Virus record (IMG/VR): IMGVR_UViG_3300030119_000590
Location: 13,353 to 77,352 of that record
Strand: one strand, 5' to 3'
Source: a virus
Length of the DNA stretch: 64,000 nucleotides
This document shows positions 1 to 12,000 of this stretch, piece by piece; within the stretch, counting starts at the first letter, position 1, and every line of letters starts with the position of its first letter. The notes beneath the pieces were generated by a model. It saw only the letters and a program-made list of their open reading frames with translations, made no database searches and was not told the DNA's origin. The position numbers were made by a program, and so were the translations under genes.

Positions 1-2753
1 TTATAGAACAAAGATCGTTTGGTAAGTATATAACACGTGACGAGTTGACATTCCCAACGGGTGATAATGCAAACAATATTTTTTACATAGGAAAGCCACC
101 GGAATCAACAGATCCATTTGATGACAGAATACCAACCACAACAGAAGTACCTTTTCAGTCTGGTATCGGTGAAGAAATTGCAACAGAAAATTTATATATT
201 AAATGGGGTCATGTAATACAAGACAACATTGAATCTAACGATTGCAAAGATTTAAATTCATATCCAGCTGCTTCATATAGTTTAAAAGAAAACACCACTA
301 TAAAAGGAGGAAATACATCAAGACACGATTTGCTTGATTTAAGTAGATCATATCCAAACGGTATAGGTGCTGAGTTGGTAATCGAAGTTTCTGGAGGCAC
401 TGGAGAAGACGAAGCATTTAATGGAATATATTGTAAACGAGAATCTATATCATCTAAAATTTTTGTTAATAGAGATGACACAACCAAGTATATAAAGCAA
501 GGAGAACGTGAAGGTGATCCGGTTTATATATGTTCAATTGATTCTGCGTTCGGAGAGTTCGATGTATCTGTTTCTGATTTAAAAGGTGATGGTGCAACTA
601 GAATGCGTTCATTTTATGTATTGGAAAAGTCAATAACAAAACCCACTCTTGAAAACTCTGATGAAAAAATGAGATGGGATTCAACACAACTTCCAACCAT
701 AGGTGAATATAGAAACCGAAACGATTGGAGTTCGGTTGCTCAAACAAGACTAATTGATTCGTCTACCATTGAAGTCACTGGATGCGATATTGAAGGTGCG
801 AATGGAGTATACAAAACAACAGGTACATTCGATTTTAGCAACAACGCATACACATATTCCAATAAAAATAATTGGATATTTGTTTGCTATACACCACGTG
901 ATGCCAATACTGCACCAAAGTGGGTATTTACGGATACATACGAAACTCCTCTGTCAGGTGTAGTGTTTGAATCCGTAACAAGGTATGTAGGAACATCAAG
1001 AACTGATTATGATTCGGTGGATTTCTTGCAAGGTGTGTATTACAAATATTCTTTATCTAAACACGACTCGTATTTAAATCAGACACAATTCTCGGAAGAC
1101 GATTTTATATCTAATACACCTGGTGCAAGAACTTCTGTTAAAAAGTTTATTAATATAGATACAACAAAATCGTTGACTGCGAACTATAAACTTATTCTTG
1201 GTAAGTTTGAAAACCAAACTAAAACCGAGTTGACTGTAATCGAAAATTTAAATGAATTGAAAGAAAATCTTGTAGATGATAGTGTGAGAATCGAGGATAT
1301 GAATTATGATACATTTGAGTATGAAATAAATTATCCTCATTCATATACAAACATTGATACAATACCCGTTGTAACAGAACTTGATTTTGTATCTAAAAAT
1401 AATATTTATAGTCAACACGAAACTGCGATTGAATTTGAGGTGACACCCATTTCATCTAAAATCTCAAATACCTATAATGTTGCACTTCCACTTGATATAT
1501 CATATGCAGAAGAAATATTTTCAAAGGATACCTTGGAAAAAACTGAGGTCAATTTTTCATTTGATGGTGACTCGTTGGTTAATTGGAACACGAACTTCTT
1601 TGGAAAAACTGAGTCTGGAGAGCTACGTATATATGAAACTGAAGTTGCATATAGTAAACAAATAACAATATCTAACCAAACCAAAGTGAATTCTTATTCA
1701 CTTTCTGTTGATGAAGTATCGTTGGAAATGAAACTTACACTTACACCTAGAAAACGAGAAGACTATGTAGTCACTAAATTACATTCTAGAACATACCTCG
1801 ATGACTTTGAGTTTGGTTTTAATGCCTTTGTAAACGAAGAAGGAACTAAGATAGAAGATTCAAAACTTATAGAAGTTTCTAAAATTATTCCATTTGACTA
1901 CGAAGTAAGTCGACCAACACAACTGAGTGACTTAATAAACCTTGGAAATGTAGGTTCTTTATACAATAAAAGAATTTTTCCAATACACCGAAGTAATTTT
2001 AGAAGAAATATAATTGGTAGGGGAGTCAACGATGTAACAACAACCATGGACCTGTCTGGAAATTTAAATTCAACGTCACCCATAATTAGAACTAGGGAGT
2101 CGGCTCAACGGATAGGTGATCCGTCAGAGATACAAGATAGTTTCTGGTTCGTTGACGATGTACCTGCCGTTTCGGTGGTAAGGGTTGAACAGGAAGATAC
2201 AACACCACCGACTATGTCAGATGAAAAGAAAGAAACACTTGAGTTTTCATATTCATTTGAGAATTCAGAAGAATTAACACCCACACCAACTCCAACTCCA
2301 ACACCAACTCCCACTCTAACTACACCACCCACCCCAACCCCAACCGTTGGCAATTCCGGCCAGTATATAACCCCAACTCCCACACCAACTCCCACACCAA
2401 CCCCAACTCCCACACCAACCCCAACTCCCACACCAACCCCAACTCCTATACCAGTAGGCAGTTCAGCGGCAGAAACAAACTCCCCACTTTGTATTACAGG
2501 AACAACGGCCTTTGATAACGGCACATGGGTGTTGGGTGGAGTATATTATAGTCATCCATACTGGACTAGTCCTGACACCAATTATTATCTTTACGCAAAG
2601 ACGAGAGATGCGAACCCGCAGTGGAGAATTACCAATCGTCCTCCTGGAACCTACACATCTTATGTGGTTGACTCTATGGCCGCAGTAATATCACCAGAAC
2701 TTTCTGGATGGTCAAGTGGAATAATCATAGTGGCAGGTTCGTGTGATGAGTAA
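1..2753 (+). CDS. Large virion structural protein (baseplate/tail-fibre-associated), 5'-truncated; PT linker and small C-terminal domain
   Basis: Frame is open from base 3 to the TTG at 45, so the gene starts upstream of the window. Recurrent (I/V)xVxG...NGxY motif, a long (PT)n linker, and adjacent to baseplate genes. Confidence 0.55.
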   Translation, partial: IEQRSFGKYITRDELTFPTGDNANNIFYIGKPPESTDPFDDRIPTTTEVPFQSGIGEEIATENLYIKWGHVIQDNIESNDCKDLNSYPAASYSLKENTTIKGGNTSRHDLLDLSRSYPNGIGAELVIEVSGGTGEDEAFNGIYCKRESISSKIFVNRDDTTKYIKQGEREGDPVYICSIDSAFGEFDVSVSDLKGDGATRMRSFYVLEKSITKPTLENSDEKMRWDSTQLPTIGEYRNRNDWSSVAQTRLIDSSTIEVTGCDIEGANGVYKTTGTFDFSNNAYTYSNKNNWIFVCYTPRDANTAPKWVFTDTYETPLSGVVFESVTRYVGTSRTDYDSVDFLQGVYYKYSLSKHDSYLNQTQFSEDDFISNTPGARTSVKKFINIDTTKSLTANYKLILGKFENQTKTELTVIENLNELKENLVDDSVRIEDMNYDTFEYEINYPHSYTNIDTIPVVTELDFVSKNNIYSQHETAIEFEVTPISSKISNTYNVALPLDISYAEEIFSKDTLEKTEVNFSFDGDSLVNWNTNFFGKTESGELRIYETEVAYSKQITISNQTKVNSYSLSVDEVSLEMKLTLTPRKREDYVVTKLHSRTYLDDFEFGFNAFVNEEGTKIEDSKLIEVSKIIPFDYEVSRPTQLSDLINLGNVGSLYNKRIFPIHRSNFRRNIIGRGVNDVTTTMDLSGNLNSTSPIIRTRESAQRIGDPSEIQDSFWFVDDVPAVSVVRVEQEDTTPPTMSDEKKETLEFSYSFENSEELTPTPTPTPTPTPTLTTPPTPTPTVGNSGQYITPTPTPTPTPTPTPTPTPTPTPTPTPIPVGSSAAETNSPLCITGTTAFDNGTWVLGGVYYSHPYWTSPDTNYYLYAKTRDANPQWRITNRPPGTYTSYVVDSMAAVISPELSGWSSGIIIVAGSCDE
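2278..2447 (+). repeat. Coding microsatellite-like tandem repeat encoding two (PT)n runs
   Basis: Repeated ccaactcccacaccaacc-type units seen directly. Confidence 0.9.
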
Positions 2754-2773
2754 TTTAAATTAGGAGATTAAAA

Positions 2774-3730
2774 ATGACAACACGACATTCAATAAAAGAT
2801 AACTCTAATAATTTACGTGATGGAATTTTATACGGAGGTAGTATAGAAACCGGAGGGAGTGATAGAAACTATAAGGACGTAGTAAGGTTTCCAAACGATG
2901 TGGGTGAAGAATCTGAAAATACCAATTCTTACATAAAAGTTGGTGGTTCTGCAATAGAAACAAACAAAGCAACAATTTCTTGTTGGATAAATCCAGTAGG
3001 AGAGTCACAGGAATCTGCGGGAATATTAACATCAACTACGCAAGATGGAAAAATTTATGGAATGGTGTTGAAAGCAAACGGCCAACAACAAAATATTGGT
3101 TACGTATGGGGAACTACTTCAGCGGAACAGGATATAGACTTTGGTGTTTCTATTCCAATTGGTGAGTGGAGTCATGTGCTACTAGTGATATACGAATCAG
3201 GAGTATCGAGGTTGTTTGTAAATAATGTATATGTCGCGACACACGACACAGGTTTTATCAGAAAACACGCAATACTAGACAATATAGAAATCGGTAGATT
3301 TTCTGGATTAATTGACAATGTATCTTTTTATTCGGACACACTTGATTATGGAAATGTCCAATTAAATAGTTTAGCAACACACGAAGTATCGTATGTGTAC
3401 GCACAAAACAGAGAGGAGTTTGAACCAAACGATGAAGAATCTGCGATTAAAACTCAATTGGTGGATAACTTTATAGAGCAAACAAATGGAATTAGATTTT
3501 ACTATCAACAATCATCAGAATATGCGGAAGCACATACAAACTATATAAATAACACTTTAAGTGTTATGAATACAACAGGTGGTTATCTTGAAGATGTGTT
3601 AGCAAACCAATCTTCTGAGAAACAAGACGAACAAAAATTTACAGTAATCGGTGGACCAAATGCCAACTTAAGAAGATTTGCCGATGGAAAGTTTAGAACA
3701 ATACCTGGAGAGATTGTCGAACTTCAATGA
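2774..3730 (+). CDS. LamG/concanavalin A-like lectin-domain virion protein
   Basis: TISCWINP...GEWSHVLLV...LFVNN...FSGLIDNVSFY matches the LamG-3 pattern; AGGAG SD upstream. Confidence 0.75.
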   Translation: MTTRHSIKDNSNNLRDGILYGGSIETGGSDRNYKDVVRFPNDVGEESENTNSYIKVGGSAIETNKATISCWINPVGESQESAGILTSTTQDGKIYGMVLKANGQQQNIGYVWGTTSAEQDIDFGVSIPIGEWSHVLLVIYESGVSRLFVNNVYVATHDTGFIRKHAILDNIEIGRFSGLIDNVSFYSDTLDYGNVQLNSLATHEVSYVYAQNREEFEPNDEESAIKTQLVDNFIEQTNGIRFYYQQSSEYAEAHTNYINNTLSVMNTTGGYLEDVLANQSSEKQDEQKFTVIGGPNANLRRFADGKFRTIPGEIVELQ

Positions 3731-3805
3731 TTTTGTTAAAAAAAAAGATATATAAATATTTATGTATATGAAACAAGGGTTATTTAATATATATATTGAA
3801 GTGCT

Positions 3806-4534
3806 ATGGGATATCTAAATAATGAAACTATAACGGTCGAGGCAGTTTTAACTCGCAGAGGAAGAGAATTGCTTGCGTCCGAGAACGGACTGAATATTAC
3901 TAGTTTTGCTCTGGCAGACGATGAAATTGATTATACTTTGTATGATCCAAACCATCCAGATGGGTCGCAATACTACGATGCAGCTCTTCGCAGTATGCCC
4001 ATATTTGAACCTCTTACAGACGAAACACAATCTTTAAAATATAAATTGGTTACACTTCCATCTGGTACACAAAAAATTCCTGTTATTGAACTTGGACAAC
4101 AAGATATTCTGTTGAGTAAAAACTATCAAGGTGTGGTTACAATATCTCCTACAACTGATCCTGTTTACAATACCACTCTTGGATACACTGCGGTTTTATC
4201 AAATAATGCAGTAGGAACACTCGAAGGCCAAGGTGTCAACGCAAGTGCATCTGCATCTGCATCGTTATTTCTTGGTGATACATCAAGTGAAAAAGCAATA
4301 ACAGCTGTTGGTTTGACATTTACATTTCGTCCAAACGCATCAATAACAAAAGATGAAACTGCACAACTTACTATTATCGGAAATGAAAGTGGTGGTTCAC
4401 GTACAATTCCTGTGAGAGTATATTTAGGTGAACAACCAGAAGTAGCAGTAACAAATGCAATTACCAATGTTACCAGTGTTAGCAGCGTTAGCAGTGGTAG
4501 TGGAAGTGTTAGTAGTAGTGGAACGGCATATTAA
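3806..4534 (+). CDS. Conserved virion/baseplate structural protein
   Basis: MGYLNNETITVEAVLTRRGRELLA...ITSFALADDEIDY resembles the N-termini of baseplate-wedge/tail-fibre anchor proteins of large myoviruses. Confidence 0.6.
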   Translation: MGYLNNETITVEAVLTRRGRELLASENGLNITSFALADDEIDYTLYDPNHPDGSQYYDAALRSMPIFEPLTDETQSLKYKLVTLPSGTQKIPVIELGQQDILLSKNYQGVVTISPTTDPVYNTTLGYTAVLSNNAVGTLEGQGVNASASASASLFLGDTSSEKAITAVGLTFTFRPNASITKDETAQLTIIGNESGGSRTIPVRVYLGEQPEVAVTNAITNVTSVSSVSSGSGSVSSSGTAY

Positions 4535-4540
4535 TATAAA

Positions 4541-6046
4541 ATGATATATAAAGAAATAGAAGATGCCGATAAGGTGTTTGGTAGAACAATAAAAGTTTCA
4601 ACAGGAAGTTTTTCTGATGGATTCCATTTGGATCAGTTTCATGTGGATGAATCTAGTGGAGGTGAACTTGACACACCTCTATCAAGATATGTAGTTAACT
4701 CATCGGCAACAGAGTTAGAAGTTCTTGAAAGTATGTCGGCTGCACAACTTGAAGACGGAGAACACGTAATACAAAAAAGTTTAGACCTTGCTTCGTACGA
4801 TAATTACTATGATGAATCGGCGCAAAATTCAGATAGTACTCTTAATATAGTCGCAACCAACAACTACCACGAAGAAAAATGGACAGATGTCTCATACGGA
4901 GATTATTATGCGAATGTTTATGATAATCCAGTTTCAGTTGGTGGTGTTTCAAATGAAAACGCAAGGACTCAAATGACAATTACATATGGCCATGCATTGG
5001 GGTATGGTTCTCGTATTGCTGGTAGTGGAGTAAAAGCAGTTAATGTTACTAAAGCAATTTACAATCAATATAGAAACATTTTGTTAGGACCTGGTGATTC
5101 ACGTTTTACTTTTCAAAAAAGTGGAAACTTATCTGGTGTAGATAAAGACCACATTTATGTAATTAACTTTTCATCAACTGCAATGCGTGAGAAACTTGAC
5201 GAAGGTAATTTGGAGTTTACATTAAGTTTGTCGCAAGGAATTAAATCTAAAAATGGTGGACTTGATGCGAATATTTCAGCAACACTAACTCTTAGAGATG
5301 ATAGTAGGTTTGAGGCACAAATACTTCAACAAAGTGGTATGACCAAAGTAGGTAGAGTTTTTAATATAGTAAAGGGAACAATTGCTGATACAGAACTTTC
5401 AGATTCACAAAGATATGCCAATAAACAAAACACAGATAATGTTGGTGTTGGTGAGGGGTTTGGTTTAGTTTATCCTGACCTTGGTATAATCGTATTAAAT
5501 CCTGATGCTATTTCTAACGAACTTGGGGGCAACCTACAAGAACAAATTGATGCTTTGTCAGAAGATGAGTATGTAAAAAATGTTAATAATGTGGGAAAAA
5601 TGTTGTCATGGAGTGGTGTAATAAATCCAAACTCTTTACAAAGTGGAGATTTAGTAAACGGAACAGAAAGAAATCACCAAAACTTTTTGAAATTATTTAC
5701 GGCATTAAAACAAGGTGGAAACTTTAAGTGTAGAAGTTCTGAGTTTATTCCATCCAAGCATTATTTTATTAGAGTTAGAAATACCGACTTCAATTATAGT
5801 AATAACCCAACATTCGTATATCAAAACCAAGAGGCAATGATTAAAGCAGCTCAGACTAATACTGATAAAAATTATTGGTTAGGCCGTGTTCGTTTTGATG
5901 AATTTGTAAACGACTCAAAGACTTACATCACTACAGTAGGTTTATATAATGAGAATAATGAACTAGTAGCAGTGGCAAAACTTAGTGTGCCTGTTTTAAA
6001 GAGTTTTGATACAGAGACACTGATTAAGGTAAAACTTGATTTTTAA
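4541..6046 (+). CDS. Baseplate/tail structural protein
   Basis: C-terminal YITTVGLYNENNELVAVAKLSxP...IKVKLDF motif, paralogous to the C-terminus of the downstream 2154-aa protein. Confidence 0.6.
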   Translation: MIYKEIEDADKVFGRTIKVSTGSFSDGFHLDQFHVDESSGGELDTPLSRYVVNSSATELEVLESMSAAQLEDGEHVIQKSLDLASYDNYYDESAQNSDSTLNIVATNNYHEEKWTDVSYGDYYANVYDNPVSVGGVSNENARTQMTITYGHALGYGSRIAGSGVKAVNVTKAIYNQYRNILLGPGDSRFTFQKSGNLSGVDKDHIYVINFSSTAMREKLDEGNLEFTLSLSQGIKSKNGGLDANISATLTLRDDSRFEAQILQQSGMTKVGRVFNIVKGTIADTELSDSQRYANKQNTDNVGVGEGFGLVYPDLGIIVLNPDAISNELGGNLQEQIDALSEDEYVKNVNNVGKMLSWSGVINPNSLQSGDLVNGTERNHQNFLKLFTALKQGGNFKCRSSEFIPSKHYFIRVRNTDFNYSNNPTFVYQNQEAMIKAAQTNTDKNYWLGRVRFDEFVNDSKTYITTVGLYNENNELVAVAKLSVPVLKSFDTETLIKVKLDF

Positions 6047-6077
6047 TAAATATTTTGGATAAAATATATTTATATCC

Positions 6078-9000
6078 ATGATAAAGCCGTTGAAAGTTTC
6101 TGACAAATCGGTTAGGAGGTTTAAAACACACAAGTTGTGGTCGTATGATAATATTACATCAGTTGATGATATATTACTTGAACAAGAAAACTTGGACGGA
6201 CCTTTGTCATTATTCTTAGATGAAAGTACGGTGTTATCACCTGAACAAACAAGTTCATCCACCAAATTAAAAGTAACACGTGGAAAACGATATGAACCAA
6301 CAGATACTTTTTATCCCGTTGGGCATAGCTTACACGATCAAACAAAAGAACTTATAAATGGTGATGGATCGTATCAACGTGTGGTGTACAATTCAATTAA
6401 GCATTTGTTTTACAATGAGTATGGTGTTAGTACATCATTAAGTTCCACAGGAACTAATGTAAAAAACCCATTGATGGTATTTGGTTCAGAGACAGGTAAC
6501 TATATGATGAATACCCGTGCGGAAAATACCATATTTAGCACAAATAATAACGTAGACTACGAACGACGTTCGTTGCAAGATGATATCATCGTAGTTCAGT
6601 TTGATTCATCTCAAATGGGTGAAAAAATAAAACCTGGAGACTTTAGAATACGAGATTATAGTTCACCTTATGGAGTTCTTGAAGTTGTCGATGACGGTGC
6701 AACAAATTTAGTGATTAGCACATCGTCTTTTAATGAAATTAAGGAAGTGAGTGGTTCTTCGTTGACCGATGTAAAATCAATTAACTCTGATAGTCCAATA
6801 TTTAATTTTAATGATCTTACGTTTGGATATAAAATATCTTCCGCAGGAAAATACTTTATATCGGGTCAACCGGTTATGTCAGATGCTCCAACGGAAGTAA
6901 ATTCTGGTCGTGCGGTTTTGTATAAATTAAATGAAGAAACTCAGGAATTTCAAATACTTCGTGAATTTTTTAATCCGTTTACTCAAAATGGACTTTCAAC
7001 AGAAATACAAAATGATAATACCGGATTTTTGATGACAGAACTTGAAGGTATGTTGATAAACGAAGATTATTCTATAAACGATAATTTTGGTGATGCGGTT
7101 GAATTAAAGCACAATTGTTGTGTAGTTGGTTCGTCTCAATCTCATATAAGAGGTGTATGTAGTGAACTTGGAAAAACTGGTCATATATTTGTTTACGATA
7201 GAGATAAAGGTGGTGCAGACCATTGGGGTCTTGTTAATATAATTGAAGGAGAACCTGGAACTGAATTTGGTGCATCGGTATCTATAAAAGGAAAACATAT
7301 GGTTGTAGGTGCACCTGGATATAACAACTCGGAGGGTGCTATATATCTTTTTGAGAAATCAGTTAGAACTGAATCACATCCGTGGAAAAGAATTTCAAAC
7401 TCTTTTGATGATTATGATTGGGATGAAGAGCAAGGTGTATATGTAGGAAAACCAACTGGTGAAAAACTTGAAAGAAATAATAAATCAGTTTCTAGGTATA
7501 ACATTAAGAGTTTAGTTCCCAATGCTGATAAGTTAACTCACTTTTATATAGATTCAAGTAAGTTTCTCACGAATTTATGCACAGAGGCAAACTTAAACCA
7601 ATACACAATTTCTGTGGGAAGTTCCACAAACGACCAAACAAATGGAATTAGTGCTTCGGGTTGGAAGATGTCAGGTATTTTATCAGCATCTGGTTCAGAC
7701 TCATCTGAGTCATCACTTCCGTATCCTGTTGATGTTTATGATTCTTCAGATAATTTAATTGGCAACATTATATATACTGGAAAACCAAAGGTTATGAGTT
7801 TGTACTTTTCATTTGGTGAAGATAACTTAAATTGTATAAGTGGAACGATTCAAGGAAACTCATGTAGAATGACAGGTGGGTTGTTACAAGAACAATGTTC
7901 AGAACCAGGATTTACAGAATATAGAGTATCTTTGTCGGAGAGTGTCAGTGATCAACTAAATGGAGTAACTTCTTCTACATGGATGAAACCTGGAATATTG
8001 TCGGTGTCAGGTTCTGACACATCAACTTCGTCTGAACCATATGCAGTGGATGTATACGACTCTTCTAATTCCTTGATAGGACATATTACATATACTGGTA
8101 AACCAAAATCAATGAACTTGTATTTTAGAACATCTGATATGGATGCTTCTTGCGTTTATGGTAAGATTGAAGGAAATATCTGTATACTACCAACAGAGTT
8201 AGTTATATCCGGAACAACATCTGGTATCTGTACAGAGGACGGATATACGGAATATGAGGTTTCACCCCAAGAGGGAATTACAGACCAAGAAGCAGGTATA
8301 ATTTCATCTACATGGACTCGTCTTGGTATTTTATCATTACCAAGCACAAAGGACACTTCTCAACCCACACCAAATCCAGTGGATGTGCTTTATCAAGATG
8401 AATTATTAGGACACATTACGTTCACAGGTACTCCTGCAAGTGACAGAATATATTTCACAGAGGGTGCAATATGTCTGTCTGGTAAAATAATAAAAGGCGA
8501 GTGCATATTGTCAGAACACCAACCATTAATAGGAAAGAAAATATCAGGTGATTTGATTGATTATTCTGTTTCAACCGAACTTGGTGTGAATGACAACATC
8601 AATGGAATTATATCTTCTGAGTGGCTATATTCTGGAATATTATCACTACCTTACGCAGATTCTACAAATTCAAGCACACCTTATTTCATAGATGTATATG
8701 ATATAGATGGTTTGTTTGTAGGACATATAACATATACAGGATTACCAGTTAGTTCTAATATATACTTTACTGACCAAGAAGGTTTTGTATTTGTGGGTAC
8801 AATCGTAGGTGGTAAATGTGAATTCAAATATTTAAATGAACCACCTGAACAACCTACTCTTGAACAACTTGAGTGTACAGAGGATGGCTTTAACACTTAC
8901 AATGTTTCATCGGAGCAGATAGTAGACGATAGTGAGTGGGGAGTAAAAACATCAACATGGGCATATACAGGTACTTTATCAATATCACACGCAGATACAA

Positions 9001-12000
9001 AATATGGTACTCAGTCTTATACAGTAGATGTTATTGATCAACGAAATATTATGCTTGGTACACTTACCTATTATGGAAACCCAAGCAGTATGAACATTTA
9101 CTTTAAACGAGATAACTCATTAGGTTGTGAGTCAGGAGTTATCGTTGATAATGTATGTAAACTTACACCATACGATATTATTGATAAGACTGAGTTTAAA
9201 GAAACTCCATGTGATTCAATCGATGCTATTGAGATAGAAACATTTGACGGAGAATATATAGCAACTGAAGGAACTGTTACTGGATTTCCACCACACCAAT
9301 ACGAGGAAGATGACAATGGAAATACATCACCTGAACATTCTATTGGTAATATTACATGGGATTTAGTAGAAGTAATAACCGTTCCTGGATCACGAAGGTT
9401 GGGAGAGCAACTAAAGTTAACGGGTGACTTAATTTATTCAACATCACCAAGTTCACGCATTAAATATTGCAATGTGTTAAAGAAGCTACCGAAAACAACA
9501 GAGTGTGGTGTGGGTTGGAAACACACACATAATATTACAAAAAACGGAATTTACAACTTTGACACAGATCCAATTGGTTTGGGTGACGGGTTTGAAAGAG
9601 TAAGTGCCGATGTAAATGACAATGAAGTAGTAATCAAAACTATATTCTTAAACTCTGACCCAAAATATACTTCTGGATTTGTTTATAGAGTTGATGCACC
9701 GTTGAACGAATCCTTTTCATCTTTTAATAATGAACTTATAGTTTCGGGTGGAACTTATGTTGAGGGTAGTATGATAACTCTCACACTATCAAATGGAATG
9801 CACGATGTTTACCTCGGACGAATTGATAAATCAGGCCAACTTGTAGGAAGACAATCTAGAATTAATTTGGCAATAAATCCAATACCATACAATTTAACAT
9901 CTAGAAAAGATTTAGTAAAATTTCCATATGATTATGATTTTAATGTAGACGGAAGTTTTGGAATATCACTTGATGCTAATGAAAAGTTTTTACTCATAGG
10001 TGATGCTTACGACAGAAAGTTTAATGATCCGAATAACCCAAACGCAGAGTTTGTTGCTGGTGCAGTTTATGCATTTTCTGTTGACGGTGGTAAGATTTCT
10101 TTTCTAGAAAAATTATATGCCGATGAATTAGAGGAATTCACTTATTCAAGTGAATACGGAAGAAGTGTCTCGATACAAGGAACTGATTTTCTGGTAGGAG
10201 CACCAAGTAAAGATGCAAGTGAAATATCGGTTTTAGATGGTGGTGAGAATATTGGGGTAAAAGACTTTAGAAGAGGAACACGAAGAATTTCAGACCGAAC
10301 ATATGTTTCTGAGCAATTGATTTATACAAATGCAGAATGCTCTTATGTCGGTGGAGATATGCCAGATGTGGTGGTAAAAATACCAATAGATACATTGGAA
10401 GTAAATGAAAGTCTAATTTCTGAATTTATGATTACGGCCGACTTTATAAAAACTGATAAAAATAGTTTGTACACTCTACGGATACCAACAGACTATACAA
10501 AACATATTGTGTCACCTGATAAATCTGTTACTGACAATGTGTCTAAAATAACTTCATCAACTTGGATGACAACTGGTGTTCTGTGGTTACCACCGGCAGT
10601 TACAAATGAAACTGCAACACCTACTCCGATTGATGTATACGATTCACAAAAGAACTTTCTTGGTCACATTACTTATACAGGTCAACTATCGGTAAATAAA
10701 ATTTATTTTGTTGAAAATGGAACACCATATGTTGGTGAGATAGAAAATTCTCGATGTATGTTGACAGATTATACAGAAAATCTTGGGTCGGTAACCCGTG
10801 GTGTTTATCGAGATTTGACAAAAATTGAAGATGGCAAAGTTTGGTTTTATGTTGATGTTGATCCAGATACATTTACGCAAACAGACCGAACGTGGTCACA
10901 AGACGGAGTTGAGTTTGTTTATTATGTTGATAGAAATGCAGAAGAAGGTTCGGTTTTTTATTATAGAATTGGGGAGTCTAGTATTGATAGAAAGGCATTT
11001 GTTAAGACAAATAAATACCCATATAAAGTCAGACATCAGTTTGGAACTGCTGTATCGTTAAGTTCTGATTATATTTATGTTGGTTCTCCTGTTATGGGAG
11101 ATTTTCCTGCAAATGAACTAGAAGCATTTGAAGGGTCTGACCTTGGTTTATTTGAACAATGCTCTAAGATCTATTCTTCGTATGGAGATATTGCATGGGG
11201 ACGTCTATCAAACATGGATAAAGATGTTTCTGGTAAAATTTTGGCATACGATGTTGCTTCTTTGCGTGATGACGAAAGAGTTTATGTTGGGAATGTGTTT
11301 TACAAAAATGGAATTGCAGTTATTACTAATTCCTCAGACTATTTCAAAAATATGTTTTCTGGCTCAAATGATACAGGATTTGAAGTTTCGTATCGTGGAA
11401 CTCATGCAATATATGAAAATGAAATATTATGTTCAGTTGCACCTTCTGAGTTCAATGTAAGTACAAATCCAACTTCTGTTTCGTATGATGATATTGATTA
11501 CGATGTAAATGGTGATACTCAATTTGACATAAAAGACTTGGCATATATTTACCGATATATGATTGGTTCTTTGGTTGATATACAAATTGATATCGAGGAA
11601 AGCTATACTGTCCAAAAAGAAACACTTGAAACCATTTGTAGAGAGTTTTCAATTCCGTATCCATCATCAATTGACATAGAAAAAAGATTTAAAATACCAG
11701 TAGAAGTTTCGTTTGGAATGCTTGATATACGCAGAGTTAATAATGGTGTAGTGGGAAATAAACTTAGGTATGACGATGCTATTACTGTGGGAGAGTCATT
11801 AGTACTTCCATCAGGATATACACACACGGTACGACCAGTTCAGTCAATTGAATCTATTGCAAAATTTACAGGTGTAACAGTAGATGCGATATACCAAGCC
11901 AACCCAACCGCATCTGCTTCTCCTTTATATCTAGGACAAACATTGATTATACCAGCAGGAGGAGATTTTACACCTGGTATAAAATTCGAGGAAGGTAATA

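Noticed and set aside
2105-2524. Minus-strand (GV)n ORF
   Set aside because: Antisense shadow of the PT repeat.
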